A DNA stretch of 64,000 bases from Octopus vulgaris (Eukaryota), in NCBI GenBank assembly GCA_951406725.2, contig OX597815.1, forward strand, positions 20,646,001 through 20,710,000, read 5' to 3'. This document shows, piece by piece, positions 12,507-24,621 of this stretch; positions within the stretch are counted from its first letter, which is position 1, and each line of letters starts with the position of its first letter. The notes beneath the pieces were generated by a model, which saw nothing but the letters and a program-made list of their open reading frames with translations, was not told the origin of the DNA and made no database searches. The position numbers and the translations under genes are program-made.

Positions 12507-13345
12507 ATATATATGTATATACATATGTATATATAGATATATATGTGTGTATATATATATATAGATATATATATACATATACGACGGGCTCCGCACAGTT
12601 TCCGCCTACCAAATTTTCTCACAAAGTATTGGTCAGTCCAGAGCTATAGTAGAGAACACTTGGGCAAGTTGTCATGCATGATTTTAAAGCAGCCTTCTTA
12701 ACTGTATATCATGCCTGCATTAGGATATGGTTTGTGGGAGATTTGGCTGCTGTTTCTCTTAGGTCAACGATAACAGACAGTCTTCATTAAGGCAACGGTG
12801 ATGATTTGATGTCGCTTAGATACTATATGCATAAAACATGACATATAAAAGTACCTGTTAAAGCACATCCTTATTGTTTGACTTCTAAAGTTTTCATCAC
12901 GGATCATTTCTTTATAATCTTTAGTATCATTTACAAATATAGTAAGTGTTGTAAAATAGAAGTTAAGCTCAGCGGTAAATCAATAAATATCATTTGGAAA
13001 TCAATAACTCTCATATTAAGGATTGAACTTGCTGACTCTATTTATCGTATTATCTTTTCACCGGTAGACATCTCTATTTTAAAGATTTTCATTATCGTTA
13101 ACATTAATATACTGCTGGTTTCTTGAAAACCATATAATGAACGATAACGCCAATTAAAATATGTTGCTAAATTACTTTTTCCAATTTTTATACCCCGATA
13201 TGTCCTTCGTAACGATACAACATCATCTTTCGAGCATTATAAAGTAAATTTCATATGGCAAATCTCTTAATATACTGTCAAACAACGATGCTGATTAAAT
13301 CAATTGTACCCTTCCAACAAATTGTGAGGCTTATTTACATTATTT

Positions 13346-13681
13346 GTGAAGGCGCATGGCTCAGTGGTTAGAGCGTCGAGCTTACGATCGTGAGGTTGTG
13401 AGCTCGAATCCCGGACCGGGCTGCGTGTTGTGTTCTTGAGCAAGGCACTTTATTTCACGTTGCTCCAGTTCACTCAGCTGTAGAAATGAGTTGCGACGTC
13501 ACTGGTGCCAAGCTGTATCGACCTTTGTCTTTCCCTTGGTTAACACTGGTGGCGTAGAGAGGGGAGGCCGGTATGCATGGGCGACTGCTGGTCTTCCATA
13601 AACAACCTTGCCCGGACTTGTGTCTAGGAGGGTAACTTTCTAGGTGCAATCCCATGGTCATTCATGACCGAAGGGGGTCTT
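13346..13681 (+). mobile_element. SINE family C (tRNA-derived), full length with a 15-bp TSD
   Basis: tRNA-like head gaaggcgcatggctcagtggttagagcg...gctcgaatccc, followed by a CORE-like segment gttcttgagcaaggcacttt. The TSD ttatttacattattt is at 13331-13345 and 13682-13696. Confidence 0.9.
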
Positions 13682-13696
13682 TTATTTACATTATTT

Positions 13697-13830
13697 ACAA
13701 TTGACGGACATTTGTCCTCATCTTGTTTGTTGTTAACACAACGTTTCAGCTGATATACCCTCCAGCCTTCCTCATGTGAATTGGGGGAAATTTCGAACCT
13801 GGGTTCTCATTCCTAAGGTTTTTTCAATGT
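13697..13830 (-). mobile_element. PLE-LTR-like repeat with a degenerate hammerhead (about 13737-13779)
   Basis: The minus strand reads cac AUGAGGA A GGCUG gaggguauau CAGCU GAAAC GUU gug. Stems I and II are intact but C3 is changed to A. Confidence 0.55.
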
Positions 13831-13848
13831 TGTTGTTGTTGTTGTTGC

Positions 13849-13880
<32 letters not shown>

Positions 13881-13882
<2 letters not shown>

Positions 13883-14018
13883 GATAGATAGATAGATAAG
13901 TGCCTCTATATTTGTGTATACCTGTGTTACCCGTTATTTTCGCCTTTCCTTCGCCACCGAATCGAACTCGGAATCTTGGGGTTAGTAGCCGCGTTCTTAA
14001 CCACTACGCCATATGCCC
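13881..14018 (-). mobile_element. SINE family D (tRNA-like head, (ATCT)n tail)
   Basis: The minus strand reads gggcatatggcgtagtggttaag...gagttcgattc (A and B boxes). The body cggtggcgaaggaaaggcgaaaataacggg...gaggcactt is shared with 21805-21868. Confidence 0.7.
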
Positions 14019-14117
14019 GTGGGCATATGGCGTAGTGGTACGAACGTCAGAGACATTTTTCTTTTTAGGCTACAGTTAAATGACTGTAACAAGTAAAAGA
14101 ATACACACACACACACA

Positions 14118-14149
<32 letters not shown>

Positions 14150-14346
14150 TACTACATATGTATTGGGGGTCAGTACTAAAACTAGTAGCCACTAACAAGT
14201 GAAGGATTTACAGTGTAGATAGAGATATGAAAATACATAATATTTATGAACCAAAATGGTTCGTAACATATAGCCAAATGTTTCGTTCGAACGAAAAAGT
14301 GTTTATGTGCATATGTATAAGTGCTTTTTATGCATGTATATACGCG

Positions 14347-14400
<54 letters not shown>

Positions 14401-14402
14401 AT

Positions 14403-14962
14403 GTTAGTTAGTTAGTTAGTTAATTTGGCTCAAAAGCAAATAGCAAGGCCATGTAGGGGGACATGGAGTTAAGTACAGGGTGGTGTTCATGTAAAGAGTT
14501 CAGGCCACTTGAGGTCCAGGGAGGCTTTGAACAAAGCGGTCGTCGGCATCTTCACCATCTCGTCTGGCAGCTTGTTCCACGGATCCGCAACCCGGACGGA
14601 GAAAGCTCCTCTCCTTCGATTGAGATGAAATCGTCGCATGTAGAGCTTTTCGGAATGACCCCGCAGCCGACACTCTGGAGCAGGAGTGAAGAACAGCTCT
14701 TTCGAGAGGTTACACTTTCCGCTTATGATGTTGTGGGCGAGAATGAGATCACCACGGCGGCGGCGTTTTTCAAGAGAATAAAGGTCGAGCGTCCTCAGCC
14801 TTTCTTCGTAGGACAAATTTTTGAGACCATGAACCATGCGAGTAGCCAGCTTCTGGACTCTTTCGAGATGCTGTATGTCTTTGAGGAGATAAGAAGAGGC
14901 TTGAATCCCATACTCCAATATGGGTCTCACCAGCGTGACATAGAGTGGTAGGAATATGGCTA
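14403..14962 (-). mobile_element. CR1-clade LINE, 5'-truncated: C-terminal ORF2 region, 3' UTR and (TAAC)n tail
   Basis: LYVTLVRPILEYGIQASSYLLKDIQHLERVQKLATRMVHGLKNLSYEERL...RRRRGDLI...LRGHSEKL...FSVRVADPWNKLP is the classic CR1 ORF2 C-terminus. The fragment sits in (TA)n. Confidence 0.9.
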
Positions 14963-15169
14963 TATATATATATTATAAATAATATATGGCTATATATATC
15001 TTATAAATAATAATATAACAACAAAAGAATGAATGAGACTTCGATATTATGTAAAATAGTGCTTAACTGGTAGAGGAGGACCTAGAATTTACTTGCATTA
15101 AATTGCATGTTGCTATTCTCAGCCTATGTATAGATGGCATCTAGATCTTTTACATTTCTTTAGGAGGAT

Positions 15170-15206
<37 letters not shown>

Positions 15207-15207
15207 G

Positions 15208-15538
15208 TAAAAAAGCCCCTTCGGTCATGAATGACCATGGGATTGCACCTCAAAAGTTACCCTCCGAAGAACATATTCGAGTAATGTTGTTTATAGAAGA
15301 CCTGCAGTCGCCCGTGCATACTAGCTTCCTCTCTCTACACCACTTATATTATGAAAGGGCAAAGCAAAGGCCGATACAACATGGCGACAGTAACGTCACA
15401 ACTCTACATGAGTGAACTGGAGCAACGTGAAATAAAGTGTCTTGCTCCAGAACACAGCACACAGCCCGGTCAAGGAATCGAGCCCACTAAATCATGAGTG
15501 TGAGCCGAACGCTTTGACCACTGAGCCATGCGCCTTCA
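15208..15538 (-). mobile_element. SINE family C, diverged full-length copy
   Basis: Reverse complement homologue of 13346-13681 (cccttcggtcatgaatgaccatgggattgcacct...ccactgagccatgcgccttca). Confidence 0.85.
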
Positions 15539-15618
15539 TCACCTTTAACTGATGAAGAATTAGGGACCCTCTGCATCTCACACGTATCTGTCGTTTATTA
15601 TTTAGAATGCATTTTTTC

Positions 15619-15717
<99 letters not shown>

Positions 15718-15841
15718 GGTGTGTGTGTGTGTGTGTGTGAGAAAGAGAGAGTGTGTATTGATATAGATACATTTTATAGATACATTATACTATATATATA
15801 TATGTATATATATACATGTGTGTGAGTGCATGTGTGGATGG

Positions 15842-15896
<55 letters not shown>

Positions 15897-16229
15897 CGTA
15901 TCTACGCATGCATGTAAGTGCCTATGTACATATACATGTATGTGTGAATGTGTGGCATATGTCGCGCAGGGATGTGAAAGTGAAGAGTAGGATATATTGA
16001 TTATTTAATACAAATATTGTATTGGTACACTATTACAATACAAATACAAATTGTGTATTAATTAATAAATATATTAATCAATAGTATAAATTCACAGACA
16101 GTTCTTACAATCATCTGTGGTAGATGGAAGCGTAAAATGCAAACAGATATCCTTAACAGACATTGTATGGGTTGACTAAGCAGTGTTCGCCGATGATTAA
16201 GTTTGTTTGTGGCAGAGATGGCGGGAAGT

Positions 16230-16380
16230 AGTGGCGATGATGATGATGACGATGATGATGATAATGGTGATATAGGATATTGTGATGGTGATCATGCTGA
16301 TGATGATGATGACCACGACATCGAAGAATTTGGTGATAGCTGTGACCATGTTTTCGAATACGATCTCAAAAGTGATGATA

Positions 16381-16428
<48 letters not shown>

Positions 16429-16860
16429 ATGATGATGATGATGGCGATGATGTTGGTGATGATGATGATGAGGGTGATGATGATGATGATGATGTTGATG
16501 ATGATGATGATGATGATGACGATGATGATGATGATGATGATGATCATGTTGTTTATGATGATGATTATTATTATGATCATGATGATGATGATAATGCTGA
16601 TGATCATGTTGTTTATAATGATTATGATGATGAAGAATTTGAAGCCAGTTGTGACCACGGTGTTGATTACGATGTCAAAACTGCTGCTGCTGATGATGAT
16701 GGGGATGAATTTGTTGATAGTGATGTTGGTGGTGATGTTGATGATGGGTGAGGGTGAATGAGGTGGTGTTGGTGGTGTCGATGATAACGATGGTGTTGGT
16801 GGTGGTGGTGGTGGTGGTGATTATGGTGGTATGAATGTGGTGGTGTTGGTGGTGATGACC
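16230..16860. repeat. Degenerate (GAT)n/(GGT)n trinucleotide region
   Basis: Long imperfect GAT repeat, with a shorter paralogue at about 18110-18280. Confidence 0.85.
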
Positions 16861-17190
16861 CTGCTGCTGTTGGTGACGTTGGTCATGGTGATGATTGGTT
16901 CATGTTCATGTGTCCATAACTTCTGCAGGTTTCAAACAGCACGACAGTTTCAGATGAATAGCAACCACCACCGCTCCCATGACCAACCCCGCCGTCACCA
17001 CCGCCATCATCACCAGCAGCAACAAAAAAGCCTCGCGAGTTATCGGTCTGTATGTGTACTCATCGGTTGCTAAAGATGACATATACTGATTCCGGAATCA
17101 TGACAAGACTAAGTGTCAACATAGCTGTTTATTGCAAATAGGATTTTATTGTTTGCCACTTCGCAACGAAGCGTTGGAGAGATAATATTG

Positions 17191-17201
17191 ACACACACAC
17201 G

Positions 17202-17257
<56 letters not shown>

Positions 17258-17912
17258 AACACACCCACACACAGAGGCACGCACACACTTGCACGCGCAC
17301 ACACACATACACACAAACACGCACACATACACACACACACGCATGCACACACAGACACATACGCTCATACACACAAACACATACACACATACAAACACAC
17401 ACACATACACACACATGCACACACACACACACACACACGCACGCACGCACATACACAAACACACACACACACGCTCATACACACAAACACACACACACAT
17501 ACAAACACACACACATACACACACGCATGCACACACACACACGTACGCACGCACGCACACACACACAAACACACACACACGCATCACACACACAAACACA
17601 CACACACATACACACACACACACATACACACACACGCACACACACACACACGCACGCATGCACACGCACGCATGCACACGCACGCACGCACACAAACACA
17701 AACACACAGACACACACACACACAAACACACAAACACACACACGCACACACACACACACACACAGAGGCACGCACACACACAAACGCACACACACGCAAA
17801 CACACACACACTCACAAACACACACATACACACACACACAAACACACACACACACACAGAAACACAAACACACACACACGCACGCACGCACACACACACA
17901 CACACACACACA
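17191..17912. repeat. About 720-bp compound (CA)n/(CACG)n microsatellite
   Basis: Directly visible; it is the source of the many TH/CV ORFs. Confidence 0.95.
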
Positions 17913-18278
17913 TTGAACAGCGGAAGGAACCGACAGGAACATGGAGTAAAAATTGGAACAAAGATTGCCAGTTGTCCTCCATTGTGATGTCAAAGTTCAA
18001 TGGGAAGATGAAGTCGTATAAGAATCATTGAATGAAGGGTTCAAATAAGAAGATTGGTAGTTGAAGAAAATGACTGCTTTTTTTTTCTTCTTCTTTGAGA
18101 GGAGAGTATATTTGTGATCATTGTTTTGATTCCGATCTCAAAAGTGATGATAATGATGATGATGATGACGATGATGTTTATGATGATGATGATGAATTTG
18201 AAGTTGTGACTATGTTGTCAAAACTGTTGATGAGGATGAATTTGTTGATAGTAATGTTGGTGGTGATGTTGACGATGA

Positions 18279-18596
18279 TGGTTGTTGTTTGTTGTTTGTA
18301 CCTTCTCGAGCCACGCCTGGCTCATAAGGGCCGGTTTCCCGGTTTCCTTGGTGTATAGGTTTCCCACCTGAACGGGACGCCGGTCCGTCGCAGGTGAGCT
18401 GCAAGATGCAGGAGGAAAGAGTGAGAGAAAGTTGTGGCGAAAGGGTCAGCAAAAGTTTCGCCATTACCTTCTGCCGGAGCCGCGTGTAGCTTAGGTGTTT
18501 CGCTCATAAACACACACATCGCCCGGTCTGAGACTCGAACCCGCGATCCCTCGACCGCGAGTCCGCTGCTCTAACCATTAGGCCATGTGCCTCCAC
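18279..18596 (-). mobile_element. tRNA-derived SINE related to family C with a different body and (CAA)n tail
   Basis: Head gtggaggcacatggcctaatggttagagc...gggttcgagtctc and body cctgcgacggaccggcgtcccgttcagg...gaaaccgggaaacc. The TSD tgacgatga is at 18270-18278 and 18597-18605. Confidence 0.85.
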
Positions 18597-19228
18597 TGAC
18601 GATGACCGTGGTCTTGTATGTGACGTGCATGTGTACCTATATATATGACCGAATGGTTTAGAATTTTGCTTCGCAGTTACGAAGATCCAGCTTGTACCCC
18701 ACAGCATTGCATCTTAGAAAGATGTGTTTGACTGTAACTTCGAGGTGATCTAAGCCTTAAATAGACGGAAAATCCGTTCAAGCCAGTAAGTTGGATTGTT
18801 CCTGTAGTTGAAAATATTAGCCCCGTATACAGTTGAGAATTACATTACAGCTATATGTGCATGCGGAATACTCACCCTCTGACTAATTCAATTTACTCAT
18901 CGCTGAAACTGACGGAAATCCATTTACTTAATCTACTTAAATATGTTTACAGTACACTATTTAGAACTACTTCATGTGGCTTTGACAAATTTTTAACAAA
19001 CAATAAATAACATGTAACTGCTACCAAAGCCTATGAGAGAGGAGCGCAGGGGTGCATTATACCCGGAGTCCCAAATTCCTTGGTATCTCAGAAAATGATT
19101 GCTAATATCTGACGACTAGCATCCAAATGAAAGAAAGGGTCCTAAAAGAAACTCTGTACTACCCGATAAAATTTCTTTCGAGGGAGTTATTTAATTTTTA
19201 TTCAAATCACTTCGTCTGGTCTGCTGTC

Positions 19229-19279
<51 letters not shown>

Positions 19280-19282
19280 GCC

Positions 19283-19343
<61 letters not shown>

Positions 19344-19722
19344 CCTCTCTAACTTTCATGGATCTATTGATTTAATGCTGTTGTTGCTGATCGAATAAAC
19401 CCATGGTAAAAGATGCTCCAGCGGTTAACTGATATTTTTAGGAAGTTCAAGGATTATGTATATACTCCATCCGAAGCAGGGCATAATTTTTGAATTACAG
19501 TTGGTCAAAGTAAGGATGGAACCTTGTCACACACTTTGCAACACTAATTCTCTCTGACGATTAATTACGTCAAGGGTACACATGTCTATGAAGCTTAAGA
19601 TTTCTAATCATAACCACCCCGCCTTTCTTACTCAGTGTGTCTAAGAAAGCAATATTCAATGTGCTTTTTAAAGAAGGTTGAGTGTTATTTGACGGCGATT
19701 TGACTGTTATTTCTAATGAATC

Positions 19723-19880
19723 CAGGAATGGCTGTGTGGTAAGTAGCTTGCTTACCAATCACATCGTACCAGGTTCATTCCCACTGCGTGGCACCTTAGG
19801 CAAATGTCTTCTACTATAGCCTCGGGCCGACCAAAGCCTTGTGAGTGAATTTGGTAGACGGAAACCGAAAGAAGCCCGTC

Positions 19881-19936
<56 letters not shown>
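19723..19936 (+). mobile_element. SINE family A, 5' half (continues at 20830-21038)
   Basis: Runs from the head to gaagcccgtcg(ta)n. Confidence 0.85.
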
Positions 19937-19943
<7 letters not shown>

Positions 19944-20625
19944 AAAAACGAACTAGGAGGAAAGAGACGGAACGAATGAGAATTCGAAAAATCTAAAATT
20001 CAAACGAACCCGACGCGAAGCGCTGTCAGACAATAGTGTAATAAATAAAATATATGCATACATACAAACATATATGTACGTACCGACATCTACATGTATA
20101 TATATATGCATATATAAATATATATATACGTACAGGACATCACAAGAAGACGTAAAAATCAACAGAACGAAAACGGAAAAGCCATTTTGTTACAACAGAA
20201 GGACAGAGACGTGGAACAAGACGAAACGAAAACGAAAACGGGAAAAACAATTATGTGCAGCAGAAAAACGAAGTACAGGACATGCTGCACAAGGAAAAAT
20301 CCCCTTCATCAGCTGTCGCTAGCAGACACGTGTTTCGAAGGCAGAGACAGAACACGCTGGGCCTTCCTACGAGAGAATTAAAATAAAATAACCTCGTAGA
20401 GGGGTAAAACGAGCAAGAAGAAATGTAACACAAAAAGGGACGTAACAAAGAACTGCACAAAAAAATACATACAAGAAAAAAATAATACAAAATTAAAGAT
20501 ACATGTACAAGAAAATAGATAACGAGAATTAAATTACAATACGAGAAATCAAAAATAAACAAGAGAACAAACGAAAAAGACGAACGAAGGCCTTTGTTCT
20601 GGCGGGGACGAGAAGGTAACTGGCG

Positions 20626-20626
<1 letters not shown>
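19937..20626 (-). mobile_element. Unclassified A-rich repeat inserted into the internal (TA)n of SINE A, probably PLE-related
   Basis: Bounded by (TA)n on both sides and splits a SINE A. The minus strand contains GAAAC ACGT GTC and CTGATGA motifs at about 20300-20345. Confidence 0.45.
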
Positions 20627-20656
<30 letters not shown>

Positions 20657-20662
20657 AATAAA

Positions 20663-20830
20663 GGGAAAGTTTACGAAAATAAACAAAAGACGAAGACAGG
20701 TGGTGTACAAAACAAACAGATGTATTAGTATAGCGCTCAGGAATAGAAAAAGTCTTTTACGTTTCGAGCCTACGCTCTTCTACAGAAAAGTACACAAAAA
20801 AACAAGGAGAGAAACAACGAGAGAAAAAAT
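20663..20830 (-). mobile_element. HHR repeat family 2 copy nested in SINE A
   Basis: The minus strand at 20790-20753 reads cuuuu CUGUAGA A GAGC GUAG GCUC GAAAC GUA AAAGA. Confidence 0.75.
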
Positions 20831-21038
20831 GTGTGTCTGTGTTTATCTTTCCAACATCGCTTGAGAACTGATGCTGGTGCATTTTCGTCCCCGTAACTTA
20901 GCGGTTCGGCAAGAAGAGACCGATAGAATAAGTGCTGGGCTTACAAAGAATAAGTCCTGGGGTCGATTTGCCTGACTAAATGCGGTGCTCCAGCATGGCC
21001 GCAGTCAAATGACTGAAACAACTGAAAGAGTAAAGAGT
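20830..21038 (+). mobile_element. SINE family A, 3' half
   Basis: gtgtgtctgtgttt...gcggttcggcaag...gcggtgctccagcatggccgcagtcaaatgactgaaac. Confidence 0.85.
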
Positions 21039-21804
21039 AAATCCGGTTACCGTGCTGAGCTTTCCTAGTTATTTTCAGTAACTCATCTAATACAGTGTAA
21101 CAGCGTGATATCTTCGCACATAAATCTCTCCCCATCTCTCTTTCTTTCATTGTCTCCGTTTCAATAGCAGCCTCTCTTTTACTGAATTTTCCTTATCTTT
21201 CTCCCCTATCTCTCTCCCTTTGTCTCTCTTCCTCTCCCCTGTCTCTCTCCCCTCATTCTCTCTTTCTCCTTTATCTATCTCCCCCTTTCTCTCTGTGAGC
21301 CTCTCTCACTCTTTCAGTTGATCTCCTCTAGACAGCATTCTAGGATACTTTCATCAAAAGGGAATAATATTCAGAAGTAGGTGAAGTGACCGTCAACATT
21401 GTGATACAGAATCGTTGGGAAACATAGCAGCATTAGCGTCAAGTCTTAACGATTTGCGACCGATAGTATTGTAAATATAGAAGGTTTAAAGGTTGACAGC
21501 CACTTGAGATGTGACGTTGAGCTGAGAAGAGAAAAACATCAGCCTAAGTAGAACAAGTCCGACCTTCTCACAGTGTTAATTCCCTAGAAAGACCTAATTA
21601 ACTAATCTCTGAATATGATCATGCGCGTGTGCTACTCTATATGCGTAGGCGTATGATTGTGTATATTTGTATAGTCTTTTATTCTTTTATCTTTTTATTG
21701 GTTCTAGTCATTGGACAGCGGTCATTTCAGGCCATTGACTTCAATGGGTTTAGTTGATTTTATATCGATTAGTGTACTTTTACCTGATATATAGTGTAGT
21801 GACT

Positions 21805-21892
21805 TCGGTGGCGAAGGAAAAGCGAAAATAACGGGTTACACAGGTATACACAAATATAGAGGCACTTTATCCATCCATCCATCCATCCATCC

Positions 21893-21970
<78 letters not shown>
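21805..21970 (+). mobile_element. SINE family D body with an expanded (ATCC)n(ATCT)n tail
   Basis: Near-identical to the reverse complement of 13897-13960. Confidence 0.7.
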
Positions 21971-22289
21971 ACTGTTGTGTCTGGGGAGAGTCAGTTTCTT
22001 TTTGTGCCTTATATATATATATATATGCATGTATGTATGTATGTATGTATGTATGTATGTATGTATGTATGTATGTATGTATGTATCAAGAAAAAAATTC
22101 AGTGAAATCCGTGAAACAGAGTCAGTATATCCAGTGGTAATCCGGGTGGAGTGCTGGTGTGTAGATGAGGAGAGGTGCAGAAAGTTCGGGAAGTAGTTAA
22201 AATATGTAAGTCCAAAGAGTAGGAAGTTAGATCTGGATAAAACTAGGGGTAACAAATATTCTCATGATTCACTAGTCGTACTCCCTTCC

Positions 22290-23245
22290 TCTCTTTTATC
22301 TAATCCTTCCTTCTTGCCTTCGAATTCTCCTGCACTAATTCTAACTCTTTCGTCGCCTTTCTCGACATTTCCGTCAGTATACACCACTCCGCTCTCATTA
22401 CCCCCATCCACTACAAACACACCGACTCAGACGCCTACTTCAACTTCCCATACCAAGCTCTCCATCCCCTACACTCAATTCCTCCGTCTGCACAGACTCT
22501 GCAGTGACAACTATGACTTTGAGACTCAGTCTCAACTCATGGCTCGCCACTTCATCCTTCATGGATATCCTCTCATCACTATCCACACTGCCTTTGCCAA
22601 GGCACGTTCCATGGATCGTGCCTCTGCTCTTTCTCCCCGCACTCACCCCACTATTACCCGTCTCCCGTTTCCCCTCACCTACCACTCCTCCACCCTATCC
22701 TTTCAACGTACCATTCTCCGAGCCTTTCGGCGATTCCAGTCCGACCCCTCCACTTCGTACATCTTCCCCAACCTTTTCCTTCCCTCCTTAAAACGAGGCC
22801 ACAACCTGCGTGACCTCCTGGTCCACTGTTTCTTCCCTAACACCACCTCCCAGCCTGACTCGTTCCCCTTCTTCCGCCCACGCTGCCGTACTTGTCCCTT
22901 CCTCTCCAACACAACCATCCTCACAGGCACTCATCGTCCCTATCAAGATCTCTGACTCCTTTACCTGCACTACCAGCAACATCATTTACTGCATTTCCTG
23001 CTCTTTCTGCCCTTCTCTGTACATCGGTCAAACAGGACGCCGCTTGGCTGACCGGTTCGTGGAGCACCTCCGAGACATGAGACTCGGCAATGACACTCCG
23101 GTCTCGAACCATTTCCGCTCTACCGATCATTTACTACATCTGTCTGTGTTCGGACTGTCTTTGCACAGGGGCCTTCCAGACTCCCACCTTCGCTGTGAAC
23201 AAGATTTAATCTTCTCTCTTCACTCCTTGCATCTCATGGGCTCAA
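22290..23245 (+). mobile_element. Penelope-like element fragment (RT thumb/linker plus GIY-YIG endonuclease), frameshifted pseudogene
   Basis: One frame reads HTKLSIPYTQFLRLHRLCSD...HGYP...FPLTYHS...NLRDLLVH...RPRCRTCP. After a frameshift it reads FTCTTSNIIYCISCSFCPSLYIGQTGRRLADRFVEHLRD...PVSNHF, with NIIY at 22978-22989 and YIG at 23020-23028. These are hallmark PLE motifs. Confidence 0.9.
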
Positions 23246-23768
23246 TACATGTAAATGATACTAAGTGTGTTGAGTGCCCTTTTCTTTCGCTTGTCTACGC
23301 ACTCGTTTATATATACATACATACATACATACATGCATACATACATACATACATACATACATACATACATACATACATACATACATACATGTGTGTGTGT
23401 ATGGTGGGGGGTGTACGGCAGACTTCCACGTAGTTTCCGTATACTAAATCCACTCAGAAGCATTGACTGGCTAGTGGCTAAAGTGGAAGACACTAGCTAA
23501 AAAAATAGCGCAGGGAGACGGAAACAGAAACCGCGTCGTTGCAAAGTGAGTTTCTTAACCACAACGCCAGGCCTGCACCCACGTATGTATGTATGTATGT
23601 ATGTATGTATGTATGTATGTATGTATGTATGTATGTATATGTAAGTGTATAACTGTATGTAAGCTTGTGTGTGTATTTATTCTATAAACAAGCTCAGGTG
23701 CATGGCACTTGCTTAATCAGCTGTCAACTGGAGATCACAAAGATTTTGTCAAACTTCTCTTTATTATT

Positions 23769-23801
<33 letters not shown>

Positions 23802-24253
23802 ATGTATATATATATATTTGTGCGACGTCGCGTGAGTGTGCGTGCATGCGTTTGTTAGAATGCGTTCAATTAAAACTGTGCTTCTCAAATGTAATTGCAC
23901 AATCTTACAAATTATTTTATTTGCTGTCTATTTTATCTTCCTTAGGCAATATCAGTTTCCATATTTCATAGTTTTATGATTAAATTCTAATATTATAATA
24001 TTATGTTATATATTATTTGTGATATATATTTCATATCACATGTTATATAATGTACATATGTGATATAATGCAGGTAACTCTGCATTCCGAGATATTGAAA
24101 AGTTATATCATGAAATGTTCACAAATCTTGTAAAATATTTATTAAAATAAAAGATATTTTGGTGTTTCGCTCACTTTGTTATTTGATATCTTCACTGAAT
24201 TAAATAAAATACACACATTTATTAACAGTGAAGTTAGACAAATATATATATAT

Positions 24254-24435
24254 GACCGGGCGACGCGTTGTGTTCTTGAGCAAAACACTTCATTTCACGT
24301 TGCTCCAGTCCACTTAGCTGGGAAAAATGAGTAACGCTACGATGGACTGGCGTACCGTCCAGCTGGGGAACACATACGCCATAGAAACCGGGAAACCTGG
24401 TCCGTGAGCCTGACTAGGCTTTAAAAGGACGCATT

Positions 24436-24438
<3 letters not shown>
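24254..24438 (+). mobile_element. 5'-truncated SINE combining a family C core with the 18279-type body
   Basis: gttgtgttcttgagcaaaacacttcatttcacgttgctccag (as in C) followed by gatggactggcgtaccgtccag...gaaaccgggaaacc (as in 18279-18596). Confidence 0.7.
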
Positions 24439-24511
<73 letters not shown>

Positions 24512-24621
24512 GAATATGGAGACTTATACATCCACAAAATTTGGTTTATACTTATATACAGCATATTATAATGACTTAAACGCGTTTCCGTTGAAGTGAC
24601 TATCTACTGTTGCAAATGTAA

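Noticed and set aside
13960-14018. tRNA-like sequence (also the heads at 13346 and 18596)
   Set aside because: There is no complete acceptor stem, and the sequence continues into repeat bodies found elsewhere. These are SINE heads, not tRNA genes.
14463-14951. 162-aa plus-strand ORF
   Set aside because: It is the antisense shadow of the CR1 ORF2 fragment.
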